Source: Felis catus
Lineage: Eukaryota
Length of the DNA stretch: 64,000 nt
Direction of reading: 5' to 3'
Assembly (NCBI RefSeq): GCF_018350175.1
Contig: NC_058368.1
Coordinates: forward strand, 117,492,001 to 117,556,000
Below, in pieces: positions 47,471 to 59,059 of this stretch. Made by a program: the position numbers and the translations under genes. The first letter of the stretch is position 1, and each line of letters opens with the position of its first letter. The notes under the pieces were generated by a model. That model was not told the DNA's origin, did not search any database, and saw only the letters and a list, made by a program, of their open reading frames with translations.

Positions 47471-50199
47471 ATACAGAGAGGCAATGAACATCCCTCAGGA
47501 CCACATTGGATGTCCCCTGTGCAGCTCTCAGGGTGTGTCAAGAGGTCTCAGGATCAGAACCTGCCTAGTCTGTGTTGAGGAGTCTGGCAGGGGGCGGGGG
47601 TGGGCAGGCGTGTCTTGAGGGTTTCTGCCCCATCCTTTTTTTCTGTGCTCCTGCTTTTCCTTCTCTGAGTTCCGTTCCCCTCTCCCCACCCCCACCTCTC
47701 AGAGGACCCCTGAGAAAACCAAAGACCATATGGGAATACACGCCTTGCATATTGTGGATCCGTTCAACTAAATGGTGTGAAGGTAAAGGAGGGAAAGGCA
47801 GGTGATGTATGTGAGAGAGAGAGAGGGAGTAGGAGAGGGAAAGAGGGAGAAGAGAAAGGAAGAGGAGGAGACAGAGAAAACAGAGCAATACATAAAGAGA
47901 GGGAGAAGCAAGATAAACCAAAAAAGAAAAGTCAGAGAAAAATGCTGAGAGGGAGCAAAAAAAGGGAGACAGAGGAGATGCAGAGAGAGAAGGCAAGACA
48001 GAGAGTGGAGGCCGGGCCCCCACCTGCAGCTGAGCTCCTCTCTCCTGGCTGTGACGCCGGCTGGTGGCTGGTGGTGGGTGTGTGGGTGGGCCCCGGGCAC
48101 ACGCGTGTGCGCACACGGGCCTGGCCGCTGAGCCACCCTGTGTCAGTGCAAGCGTGTCAGCCCCGGGATGGGGATGAGCCGGCTTTTATCTCCTCCGGCT
48201 GCACAGGATTTACAAGCTTTTGAAATGCAGGATTAATAAGAAGAGGCCGGTGTTTTAATCTATAATGGAACAGAAAGTATCATTATTGTTAAATAATGCA
48301 CAGCCTGTCGTTTATTAAGAATTAATGGCTTATCGAGTGCTCAGGTTGCTGCAGCCGCCTCTGCCCTCCCAGGCCTGGGCTCCTAGCCGCTGGCCTGGCC
48401 GCACCTCCCAGAGTCCTACTAGCCACAAGCAGGCTGGAGGGGCAGTCGACACAGGTCTGGAAGTCTCTATGCTCTCATCCCCAGACCTGGCCTCTCTCAG
48501 TGGCCTTCCCTCCCTTGGCTGTAGAGTAAGGGGAGATACGAGGGGCAGAGCCCTTCTCATGCCCTCCGCCTGGATACATCTCTCCCTTCTGAGGAGACAT
48601 TAAAAAAAAGTGTCCTGACCCATTCTACCTCTTCTTCTAGGCCTATGCAAAATCGGTTTCCCGCTGTCACACTGAGTCCTCTGGCAGTGGTGACCATGCA
48701 GACACTAGGGAGGCAGTGCCTCCCCTCTGGGCCCTGGAGGAAGGGATCACACATTTCCCAGGAGAAACAGAAGCACCTAGGGAGGCACCCTGGCTCCGGG
48801 CACAGGGAGCAGCATTTCTGGATAACTTGATCTGTATCAGTTACCTCACAGACATCCTCTCCTTCTAATCTCCATCACCACCCTAGGTAGCATTGCTTTC
48901 TCCATTTTATAGATGGAACACTGAGGCTTGGGGAAGTTAAGTACTGAAAGCCACACCACAGATGGCAGAGTCATTTTCATGCCAGACCTCAGATACCAGC
49001 TGTGGGCTCCCCCCTTGTCTCACAATGGGTGACCTCAGGGGTGACACCGAAAGAACCACTGTAGGGTCTGTGTGTCTGTCGCAGGGATGGAGCTGTGATA
49101 CCAGTGATGCCCCAAGCAGCAGCAAACCCAGCATCTCCACCAGCTGGGAAAGCTGACTCAAGGAGCCAGTGAGTGCCTGGGTCAGGGATGGCAGCCAAGG
49201 AGAGCCTGACACCCGACCCGGCATCACAGCCAGACTCCATCCTGGAGCCCCTGTGACTGGCAGCTCCTTGTCCTCCCCTGCTACCCATCTGTATGGTTTG
49301 GGTCTCTGGCCAGAAATGCCCATGTCTGAACACCAGAGCTGACCAGGTCTTCACCATATCTGAGGCAACGATCAGAGCTGTGTGACCTTGGGCAAGTCAC
49401 TCTACCTCTCTGAACCTTTGTCAAATGGTAATTTTGCCTGCCTCAAAGAATTATCCGAAGTAGTAAATGAGAAGCAGTCAGTGTTGATATTGGCAGCTGA
49501 GAGTGGCATTGGTACCAGGTCACGGATTCCAGTGCAAAGCACACTCCCAGCACCCACAGCCCACCAGTCCCTACTCCAGCCACTCATTCCACATGCAAGT
49601 TGTGAGCGTCAGCTGTGTAACAAGTCTCCACTTGCTGCACACCCACTCTGGCCAGGCTCTGTGTGGGACATAAGTGGTGAGCAAACCAGAGGCAGTGCTT
49701 GTCCCCACACCCTCCTGACCTCACCCTTCACACTCCATTCTTGGTCACCTAATTGTCAGCTCCCATCCCAGTCTCTGATGGCCACCTGTCATCAGCAACC
49801 CCACCTGCACCCTCCACCAGCTCCCCTCTGTCCCCATCCTGGCCTCCTCTCTGTCTTCAGGATCTGCCATACCCCATCCCCAACTCCATCCACCTTCTTC
49901 CTTCCTCCCCTGGCCTCACTCCAACCCCTTCCTCATTCTCTTCATCTTTTTCTCCCTTCCAGAGCCCGACTTCCCTCCCGCCTCATCCGCATCTCACCGG
50001 ATCTCTTTCCTGATTCCCGTTCCAATCTTTCACTGCCATTTATCTCCTTCACCCCACCCCCATCTCTCCCCTTTCCCACCCCCAGCTCCAGGATTCCTCC
50101 CATTCCGTTTATGGGGTGCAGGTGTCCTGATGCTGTCAGGGACACTGCCCCCAGAGGCCTATGCAGGATGGTGCACTCCAGGGGCCAACCCCCCCAGCC

Positions 50200-50700
50200 A
50201 CGGCCAGTGCAGCCCCAGAACCTGCCACGGGTAGAGTTGCCTCCGTCGGCTGGAGTTGGGAGGGTGCTGACTGGGCAGCGGGCCAGCGCCTCGCTCCCCA
50301 CCCCCACCCTTCCCTCCCTCCTCTGGGCAGGCCACCACGCTGGGACCTCGGCCCACAGCCCGGCTCCTCACGCGGCTCCTGTTTTATTAACCTGCCTGTC
50401 GCTGCTCTCGCCACTGAATAGGGCCTGTGGGGGGGCCGGCAAGGGGGGCCTTGGGCTTTGCTGGGGATCACCATGGAAACAGCAGCCTTGGCCAATCAGT
50501 GGGCCGGCAGCGCCGAGTGCAGCAGGCAGCTCAGTCTCCGAAGCCTCGTGCAGCCCGCGGGCTGACTCCTGCCTGACAGGCCCTCGCAGCCCCTGCCGTG
50601 GGAGGGGATAAAAGGGGGGCACGACCCGGGTGGATGGGGCACAGGCCGCGGAGTGGTGGGAGTGGGAGGCCAGAGGGTGCAGAGGGCCGGACTCGGTAAA
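50200..50700. promoter_or_regulatory. CpG-rich, CpG-island-like patch (candidate promoter or enhancer)
   Basis: Roughly 30 CpGs in 500 bp of unique GC-rich DNA (manual count); X-box-like ATCACCATGGAAAC 50467-80, CCAAT 50492-96, GATAAAA 50607-13. Confidence 0.5.
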
Positions 50701-50818
50701 GGGGGGAGATGAAGAAGGGAATCAGAGGCTGGGGATGGGGAGGAGATTTGCAGGTTTGACACCAGGAGCGTGGGGAAGAGGGCCGAGTCTCTCCCCAGCT
50801 GCAGTTCTTGGTACGAAC

Positions 50819-51068
50819 CAGGCTTCTCAGCCTCAGCACTGTGGGCATTTGGGACAAGGCCATTCTTTGCTGTGGGGGCACATCCTGTGCATCACGGGAT
50901 GTTTAGGAGCATCCCTGGCCTCTACCCATCCCTGGCCTCTACCCATCCCTGGCCTCTACCCATGAGAAGCTAGTGGTACCGTCCTATCACCCGGTCTCCA
51001 TAACCAGTCTCCAGACAGTGCCAAATGTCCTGGGGGGGGGGGGGGGCAAAACCGCCCCCAGCTGAGCT
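50819..51068. mobile_element. MER20 hAT transposon with an internal 17-bp triplication
   Basis: TTCTCAGCCTCAGCACTGTGGGCATTTGGG...CCTGTGCATCACGGGATGTTTAGGAGCATCCCTGGCCTCTACCC...TCTCCAGACAGTGCCAAATGTCC. Confidence 0.9.
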
Positions 51069-51554
51069 AAGCCTTCCCAGGGCAGTGGTCACTATTCGTG
51101 TCACTTGCTTTCTCTGAGCCGGCTTTCTTAACGCGAAGAAGGTAGGAAGAGGAAGAGGCAAATAGTCCAAGTGAGACAGAAAGGAAGAGGAGGAGGGGCA
51201 GGAGGAGGGAGCCCAGGGCAGGGCTCCTGGTAGGTGGGAGAGCCTTTGGAAATAGGGATGTAGGAGACAGGTGCCCTGAGGGAGACCCGGGGCTGCCAAT
51301 TTATGCTGCAAGGATTAAATAAAATAAAGTAAGAACTCTAAATGCCTTCCCTCATCGAGTTTCCTTCTGCCTGGTACACCCTCCCTGGTCTTCCCAGCAA
51401 AAGAAATCCTACCCTTCTTTCAGACTCACATTAGGCACCACATCCAAGAAGCCCTCCCTGATTCTCTCACCAGATTGATTTGTCTTTTTTCCAAGACTCC
51501 TTGCCACTTGGTCTCTAGCTCCGCACTAGCACTCTGCATGGTTCACTTTAAGAA

Positions 51555-51770
51555 CTGTAACTGCCTTTACTGAGGGTTTCCCATGGGCCACCTGCTGCAC
51601 TAAAGGCTTTATGCCCATTTTCTCATTTAGTCCTCCCCACAACTCCATGCGCTAGGCACTGTTATCCACGCCATTTTACAGATGAGGAGGTCAAGGCTCA
51701 AGTTCAGTAACTTGTCTGAGGTCACTCAATTAGAAACAGCAAAGTGAGGACTCAAAGGCAGGTTTTCACG
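51555..51770 (-). mobile_element. MIR
   Basis: CTCATTTAGTCCTCCCCACAAC...CCATTTTACAGATGAGGAGG. Confidence 0.8.
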
Positions 51771-52141
51771 GCCCCATTGCCAGCATTTTTACTTGCTGCT
51801 TACACTGTGTAAGCGGCCGTCCCCACCTTCGCCTTCCAACTCCCTCACAAGGCCCAGCCTAGTCTGGTGAGTAGTAGGTGCTTGAGAGCTGTTTTAAATT
51901 GGTTGGTGGTCTCTGGAAAGGTCTGAGTGGATGGCGGGGCCTCAAGCTTGAGAAGGCTGGGATTGAATTGGCAGCTGCAGGGTGCTGGGTGCCTCCCAAA
52001 GGCCCTCACGTTTTGTTGGGGCCTGAATCAGCTGGGCCAACTCCGTGAAAAGCAACTGCCCTGAGCCTTCGTCTCAGTCCCACTGCCTCACTGGGCCACT
52101 TTGGGTCTCAGAACTGACCTGTTCCTATGGATGCTGGGCCA

Positions 52142-52160
52142 TGGCCCCCCCTAGTGGCCA
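52142..52160 (-). promoter_or_regulatory. Candidate CTCF site
   Basis: Minus strand TGGCCACTAGGGGGGGCCA, close to the CCAC(C/T)AG(A/G)GGGCGC core. Confidence 0.5.
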
Positions 52161-53474
52161 GAGGGTCACAGTGGTGGGTGGTGGGAGTGAGAGCGCAGTC
52201 GGGAGAGCTCACGCACAGCCCAGGGGCTTCTCTCTAAGTTCTACCCCCCAGGTTTCTGAGGCCCCCTTGGGAATTTGGAGCCAGAGGTCTTAGGGAGCCT
52301 CGTCATTGTGGAGCCTGGCCCCTAACCCAGGCCTAGAGGACAAAATACTCCCTCCCTCCTTTCCCTCCGGCTCCATTTGAAGTGAGCAGGTAGTGTTGGC
52401 AGAGGACCTACATCACAGCCTCCCCCCCCCCACCCCCATCCTTGCCTTATATTCAGCAAGAGAGAGTTTGAGGCTGAGAGGTGTCTGCCAGGGAACATCT
52501 CGTGATGCCGCTTCCCTATCAGGTTAGGGTTTTGATCTGGAATCCAGGAGCTGAAGTCCCAGGGGGCTCACATCAGAACTGCTCCCCCACCCCAGACACG
52601 CACACATGCCATCAGCCTCCCCTAGGAACCTGCAACACCCGCACCTCAGCTTTGAAGGCTGGGATCCTGACAGGCTGCTGTTCCCATGGCAACCCCATCC
52701 CAGGCTGCCCTGCCCAGTGCTTCCTTCCCTCCCCTGCCTTCCCCCACCCCGAACCCATATCACCTTCATTCATAGAACAAGAACTGCTTAACCTGGCAAA
52801 GTGGACTGCTTCCTCCCAGCTTTCTCTCTCCCATTCCAGCCTTTTCTCCTCCCGTTCAGTGGAGATGCATGAATCAGAGAGAGAAATGCTGAGAGTGGGG
52901 GCGGGCACAGGGCTGGACTAGAGTGGATAGAGGGGTAAGATAGGGATGGGAAGCAGCCAGGGCCCAGTGCCCCCACCCCCATCTTTGCGCCCCCAAGGCT
53001 TGGGCCTCTGCACCTCCCACTCCCAGCTCTGTCTCAGCTTATGGACCTATGTCTCTCCTAGCTCTAATTCTGTGACCCTCTGGGGCCCAGACAGCCTCCC
53101 TGTTGAGCTCAAGACCCTAGAGCACAGCAAGGCCAGGTATCACCCTCCAGGCTCAGGTATTTTTTCTCCAGGACCAGCCAAACTGTAGCTCAGACCTGGA
53201 ACCCAACCCAGGAGCACCAAGGCTGCCCCTGACCCTGTATAAGACACGGTCTTGCAAATGCTAGGAAAGCCGGGGGATTCTAATTTATAGTGTGAGTATG
53301 AGAAGAGCTAGAGGGGTCTCCTAGCCCCCGGCCCCAGTTAAATGATGCATGTGCCCTGCCTGGTAGGAGGAAACTTGGCTCTCTGGCATTGACAGGTGCT
53401 GTCAGAAAGTCAGGAGAGACCTGCTTCTAGCAGACATCGGTCCGTCCCTGCAGGAGGCCCAGCGCGTGGTCAGC

Positions 53475-53790
53475 AACTCTGCTTCAGAATCAACCAGCCT
53501 GGGTTTGAATCATAATGCCCTAATTTACTCACTGTGTGATACTTTCCTTCTCTGAGCCTTGATTTCCTTATCTGAAAAGCAGAGATAATAATTATATGCA
53601 GGTACAGGGCTGACATCTATGAGCCCTACATCCCTTCCAAATACAGTGCTTTAGATGTGATATCTCATTTAATTCTCAGAACAGCTGAGGTAGATGTCAT
53701 TATTGCTGGGTCTCTTCTGCAGAAGGAAAACTGAGGCTCAGAGAGGTTAGGGTGAGTCTGCTAGTGCGAGAGCCAGGCTTTTCATCCAGG
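53475..53790. mobile_element. Two adjacent MIRs in opposite orientation (+ ~53475-53600; - ~53610-53790)
   Basis: CAGCCTGGGTTTGAATC...TCTCTGAGCCTTGATTTCCTTATCTG and CTCATTTAATTCTCAG...GAAAACTGAGGCTCAGAGAGGTTAGG. Confidence 0.8.
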
Positions 53791-54919
53791 CAGCGTGAGA
53801 TAATGGATGCAGTAAGTGGAGATATTCTTGTTAGTAAGGTTCTATGACCGAATTTGGGGCTCCATCTCCCTACCCCTTTCAGTCTGAGGGTGCACAGTGT
53901 CCTCCACCAACCAATACTGCGTGCCACTGGGATACAGTCTGGAGATCAGGGAGGGACCCGGGCTTGGGGAGGCTGGAGATATGGTGGATAGAGGAGGGAA
54001 ACTAGCTTTGGTCCAAGGAATGTCTGAATTGGCAGTGCTGTGAAATCATCTCTGAGCCAACCGCTCAACCTTGGAAACAAGGCAAGAAGGCAGGGTTTCA
54101 AGGAGGAAATGACTTATCCAAGGTCACTTGGTAAATTGCCAGTTCTACCCTACCCCCCATCATATGCAGCCTTTGGACAACAGGTCGATATCAGAAGACT
54201 TAGAAAGTTAGAAACCCCTGGGAAGGGTGGGAAGGAGTGAAGGGGAAGCAATTTTTTTCTATTTGCCGGGGCTTCCCTAGAACTCAAACCTACTCAACTA
54301 GACTTGCAGCTTCCCCACCTCCCTTGTGGCCCACCTTCAGGTTCTCCGGGTTCTTCAGCTTTCTTCCTTCCCTGAGAGGGTCCCCCATTGCTGACTAGCC
54401 CACTCCTCCCAAGAACCTCAGAACTCCCAGGGATAAGTATTCCCCCCACCCCCACCAGCCCCACCTCCCACCTTGAGTGAATGTGCAGGACAAACAGCAT
54501 TGTTCCCCATACAATGGACAAAAAGAACTTGGGAATTCACAGAATAGTCCTGAACTTCAGCTTCCTTCCCCTCCAAGCCCTAGAGAGATCCATTGTCTGT
54601 AAACTCCACTTAAAATATGCACAACTCCTCCAGCTGGGGAGCCACTTAAGATGCACAGGAAGAGCCTCCCCTACCTCTACCCCCTTCCCCTCCTTCCCAG
54701 ACCCTGTTAGAACAAAGCAGGGAGGAGGGGGGAGAGCAGCCACCAAGAATGAAGCTGGAAACAACCCTGCTCCCCACTCTGTGTTGTACACCTTGGTGCC
54801 TTGGGCATTTATTTGCCTGGCAATGGGATTGAGGGACCTGACCCACTGGAGACCCCTAATTGCAGTACCTTGGCACATAAGTGAAGACTTCAGAGTCCCT
54901 CTCCTCTCCTGTCTGCTTA

Positions 54920-55288
54920 CAGGGGCCTCCAAGGACAGGGAACTCACTACCTCCAAGGCACCTGTTCCACTCCTGAAAATTCTCACTATTATAAGACCTT
55001 CCTTAGAAGGATCCCCACCCACCTCCCCATAACCCAGTCCTTTACCTTCTGGCTCCCTATTAATGTTGTCTCCCTCTAGCATGTGACAGGCCTACTGGAT
55101 TTGAAGGCTGCCATTGCAGCCCCCTGAGGCTTTGTTTCTCCTGGGCTGAGCAACCCTGCACCCTTCCCCCAGACCCTGTTAGTCTGTGGTTTTGAGTCCC
55201 TTCACCATCCTATTCTCCTCCTCTATGCTGCCTAGTGTGTCACTGAGGACTCTTAAGATCGGGGCCCAGAGCTGACCCCAGTGTCCAT
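54920..55288 (-). mobile_element. L3/CR1 LINE fragment
   Basis: CCTCCAAGGACAGGGAACTCACTACCTCCAAGGCA...ATTTGAAGGCTGCCATT...TCTTAAGATCGGGGCCCAGAGCTGACCCCAG. Confidence 0.75.
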
Positions 55289-55289
55289 A

Positions 55290-55800
55290 AGTATTTATTT
55301 AATAAATATTTATTAAGTGCCTTCCAGGCACCAGGCACTGCGCTACTAGCTGGGGATACAGACAAGATCCCAGCTCTCCCAAGTTTTGTAATTCTGGTGG
55401 GGAAGTCAGATACTAATATCAGATAAGCACAAAAATTAATGCATAATTACCAAATGAGATAAGGGATCTGCTTATAAAGGAACATGGTAATATGAAAACA
55501 TCTAACAAAGGAGCCTGATTTAGTGTGGAAGGGAGACAGGTGGACCACCCTAGGCTTCCTGACATCTAAAGGATATAAGCTTTAACTAGAGAACAAGGGT
55601 AAAGAACAGCATTTAAGGGGGGGGGGGGGAACCGACTGTGCAAAGGCACTGTGGCTGGAAGAAGTTTGTCTCATTCAAGGAACTGAAGAAGCCAGGGAGG
55701 TCCAAACAGGGGGTTTGTAGACCCCAGTGAGGAGTTGGACTCGATTCTGGGAGCAATGGAAAGACACAAATATGTGTATGCAGTAAGAGCTGATTAAAAT
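55290..55800 (-). mobile_element. L2 LINE 3' portion
   Basis: TTTAATAAATATTTATTAAGTGCC...GCTGGGGATACAG...TGTGCAAAGGCACTGTGG...TTCAAGGAACTGAAG. Confidence 0.85.
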
Positions 55801-55903
55801 TTATCTCAAAAACTCATAGATCCCTAGAGTCCTTAAGCAGTTCTTCTAAGGTTCTCCATGTGCTGTTCCCTCTACCAGGGATGCTCTCTTCCTAGGTTTT
55901 TCT

Positions 55904-56116
55904 TTTTTTAATTATTTATTTATTTTGAGGGGGTGGGGGAGAGAGAGAGAAAGAGAGAGAGAGAGCAGGAAAGGGTCAGAGAGCAGGAGAGAAAGCCCAA
56001 ACAAGCCCTGCACTGTCAGCGTGGAACCCAGTGCAGGGCTTGAACTTATGAACTATGAGATCATGACCCGAGCCGAAGAGTTAGACGCTTAACCAACTAA
56101 GCCACCCAGGTGCCCC
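55904..56116 (-). mobile_element. Can-SINE
   Basis: TSD TTCCTAGGTTTTTCT at 55889-55903 and 56117-56131. Confidence 0.95.
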
Positions 56117-56240
56117 TTCCTAGGTTTTTCTGAGGCAGACTTGTTTTCATCATTCAGGGCTTTGCCCAACCCACCCAAGCCTAGAGGAGCTCCTGCTACA
56201 TGCCCTGTCACTCTCTATTCCTTTAGCCTGTCTTATTATT

Positions 56241-56459
56241 ATTATTTTTAATGTTTATTTATTTTTGAGAGAGAGACAGAGACAGAGACAGAGAGTGAGT
56301 GAGGGAAGAGCAGAGAGAGAGGGAGACACAGAATCCGAAGCAGTCTCCAGACTCTGAGCTGTCAGCACAGAGCCAGAGGCAGGACTCTAACACAGGACCA
56401 TGAGATCATGACCTGAGCCAAAGTCAGATGCTTAACCAACTAAGCTACCAAGGTGCCCC
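56241..56459 (-). mobile_element. Can-SINE
   Basis: TSD TGTCTTATTATT on both sides. Confidence 0.95.
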
Positions 56460-57198
56460 TGTCTTATTATTTTTAATAGCACTTTCACAATCTGAAAGTG
56501 ACTTTTTTATTTCTTTGCATATTTACTCTTGTTCTCTCCTGTCACTAGAAAGTAAACTCTTCATGGGCAGGAATTTTCTATCTTAGTGACTTCCACATTA
56601 TAGCATCTGACATAGTGCTAGCACACAGTAGGACCTCAGTAAATAATAAATGAACAAGTGAATGAATCATTGAATGTACTCCAAGATGAAAGGACCTGTG
56701 TTTACCCACAAATACACATATATAAATGTATAGATATTTAAGGGCAAGTGCGTATGTGTCCAAAGTCACACAGAGACATCCTTTGCCTGCCTACATGGGC
56801 CACCTCTCAAGGGGCCTCTTAGAAAATTCAGAGTCATGGCCTGTACAGTTCATTGCACTACTTCAGCTAATCAATACCTATACTCTCTGGCTGGACGAGG
56901 ACCTGTACAAACAGACATGTCTCAGGTCAGCTGTTGGTTAATCAAAGATGAGGGTGGAATTTTAAGTGCCCTACGGGAGGGGCACTAGAAAAAGACTGAC
57001 CATGTGGCCTGGAAGCAGTAAAGCACTTCATAGGCTCCATTTCCTGCCTCTTCCTAGGGCCCTAGCCCACTTCCCATTGCCCCCCATGTCCTATTCTATT
57101 GGGGGTGGCCAAACCAGGCATTGTATGGGAGCTAGAACAGAGAAAATCGAATTTAGTGGCATTTACAGAGCTTAGGAATTTGACTAGTTAGGCAATTT

Positions 57199-57199
<1 letters not shown>

Positions 57200-57241
<42 letters not shown>

Positions 57242-57460
57242 TTATTTAAGTGTTTATATTTGAGAGAGAGAGAAAGAAAGAGACAGTGTGTCAGTGGAGG
57301 GGGGGGGGTGGTCAGAGAAAGACAGAGCCAGAATCTGAAGCATGTTCCAGGCTCCGAGCTGTCAACACAGGGCCCAAAGCAGGGCTCAAACTCATGAGTC
57401 ATGAGATCATGACCTGAGCCAAAGTTGGACACTTAACCGACTGAAACACCCAGGTGTCCC
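57200..57460 (-). mobile_element. Can-SINE with (TTTA)n tail microsatellite
   Basis: Reverse body; TSD GGCAA(T/C)TTTTA. Confidence 0.95.
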
Positions 57461-57487
57461 GGCAACTTTTAAGATAAACATTTTTTT

Positions 57488-57704
57488 GGGGGGCGCCTGG
57501 GTGGTGCAATCGGTTAAGCGTCCGACTTCAGCCAGGTCACGATCTCATGGTCCGTGGGTTCGAGCCCCGCGTCGGGCTCTGGGCTGATGGCTCAGAGCCT
57601 GGAGCCTGTCTCCGATTCTGTGTCTCCCTCTCTCTCTGCCCCTCCCCCATTCATGCTCTGTCTCTCTGTGTCCCAAAAATAAATTAAAAACGTTGAAAAA
57701 AAAA
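57488..57704 (+). mobile_element. Young SINEC_Fc-type SINE
   Basis: TSD TTTAAGATAAACATTTTTTT at 57468-57487 and 57705-57724. Confidence 0.97.
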
Positions 57705-57843
57705 TTTAAGATAAACATTTTTTTATTTACTCAGTACCTACTAAGTGCAAAGCATGGCTAGGGACTGCCACACTTATACACAATAGCTAATTCAGGGTAG
57801 ATTGTGAAAGATAATTGAGGTAGAAATCTTAGAAGCTTTATCT

Positions 57844-57945
57844 GGGGCGCCTGGCTGGCTCGGTAGAACACGTGACTTTTGATCTTGGGGTTGTGAGTTC
57901 AGGCCCCATGTTGGGAGTAGAGATTACTTTAAAAAAAGAAAAAGA
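57844..57945 (+). mobile_element. Short old Can-SINE
   Basis: tRNA-Lys-like head and A tail; TSD TAGAAGCTTT. Confidence 0.9.
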
Positions 57946-58064
57946 AAAAGTAGAAGCTTTGTGTTCCCAGGGTACAAGTGAACTAGTGTGGGGTGGGGGG
58001 AGCAGGACATGGTTAATTCCCAGGTGGGGAGCTCTGGGATAGCTTATTCGAGTATTATGTAAAA

Positions 58065-58290
58065 TGACAACCACATTGATTGAGCACTTATGATGTGTTA
58101 GGCATTTTTTACATGGATTCTCTCACTTAATCTTCACTATAAATGTGTGTATGTGATTGTTCTTTTTTATGGGAAGACTAAGTCTCAGGAGGGTTAAACA
58201 ACTTGCCCAAATTTTCAACAACTTTTAAGTGGCAGAGTGGACGTTCAAGCTCAAGATGAGAGTCCAGAACTCCTACTCTTAACCATAGGG
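58065..58290 (-). mobile_element. MIR
   Basis: TTGAGCACTTATGATGTG...TTTACATGGATTCTCTCACTTAATCTTCAC...GGTTAAACAACTTGCCCAA...CTCTTAACCA. Confidence 0.85.
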
Positions 58291-59059
58291 TGGTCACGGC
58301 TATGCCTAAAGCAAAGGTAGGACTCAGCTACGGAGGTACAAACAGTCCATTCTAGGAAGAAGACACAGCTTGAGCAAAAGCTGGTAGGCATCGCTGCCAG
58401 GTCCGTCTGTTTTTTAAAATCTCTGGTAGCCTGAGATCCTGGGAGATTAAAAAAAAAAAAAAAAGCCAGATTTTGTTGGTTTTTTTTTTCTTCTCCCTGC
58501 TCTTTAGCGTATTAGCCCTATGATATATTCTTGCCCTAGGTGTGTCTTCCTCTAGTTCCCAAACAGAACTTGAGAGTGGACAAGGAGGTGGCAGGGATGG
58601 TCCTTCTGGTGAATTGGTCTTCTCCCTACCCAGGTTGGTGGGGGCCAGTTGGGGACATTCTCTGGGCCAAGCTCCTCCTCTGCCCATCTGCATCCCTGCC
58701 TCCTGACTCATTTCATTCCAGCCAATAGATTCATACCATGCAAATGTAATGAATAGGCAAAGAAATGATTGGCTCATTTTCCCCTGATGTAATAATACCA
58801 CTATTCAAGTAACCCCTATGTACCCTCCCCCCATCCCATTTCTGGGCATTTGATCATGTTTCTGGCAAGAAATTCCAACTCCTCTATTTCCCCTTTTCTT
58901 TTACCATTCCGAGTTAGTGAATCACTTAAAAATGCCCTACTCATTTCCTAAGGAATGGGATGTGTGGAGGACCAGAAGCACCCTTAAGCCCAAACCAACA
59001 CGGTCCTCCTGAGAGGCCCCATATGCCTCTGCTGGCTGTGAGTAGCATCAAATCCAGGA

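Larger units (their letters stand above)
55830..56675 (+). mobile_element. L2 LINE 3' portion interrupted by two Can-SINEs
   Basis: ATGTGCTGTTCCCTCTACC...CACTAGAAAGTAAACTC...GCACACAGTAGGACCTCAGTAAATAATAAATGAACAAGTGAATGAAT. Confidence 0.8.

Noticed and set aside
49382..50611. Longest ORF (409 aa)
   Set aside because: Starts at a GTG inside a MIR and runs through a pyrimidine tract and GC-rich DNA that lack stop codons; Pro/Ser/Leu-biased with no recognisable domain.
55299..55316. 18-bp palindrome TTAATAAATATTTATTAA
   Set aside because: A variant of the intrinsically near-palindromic L2 tail; no second L2 arm to form a miRNA-like hairpin.
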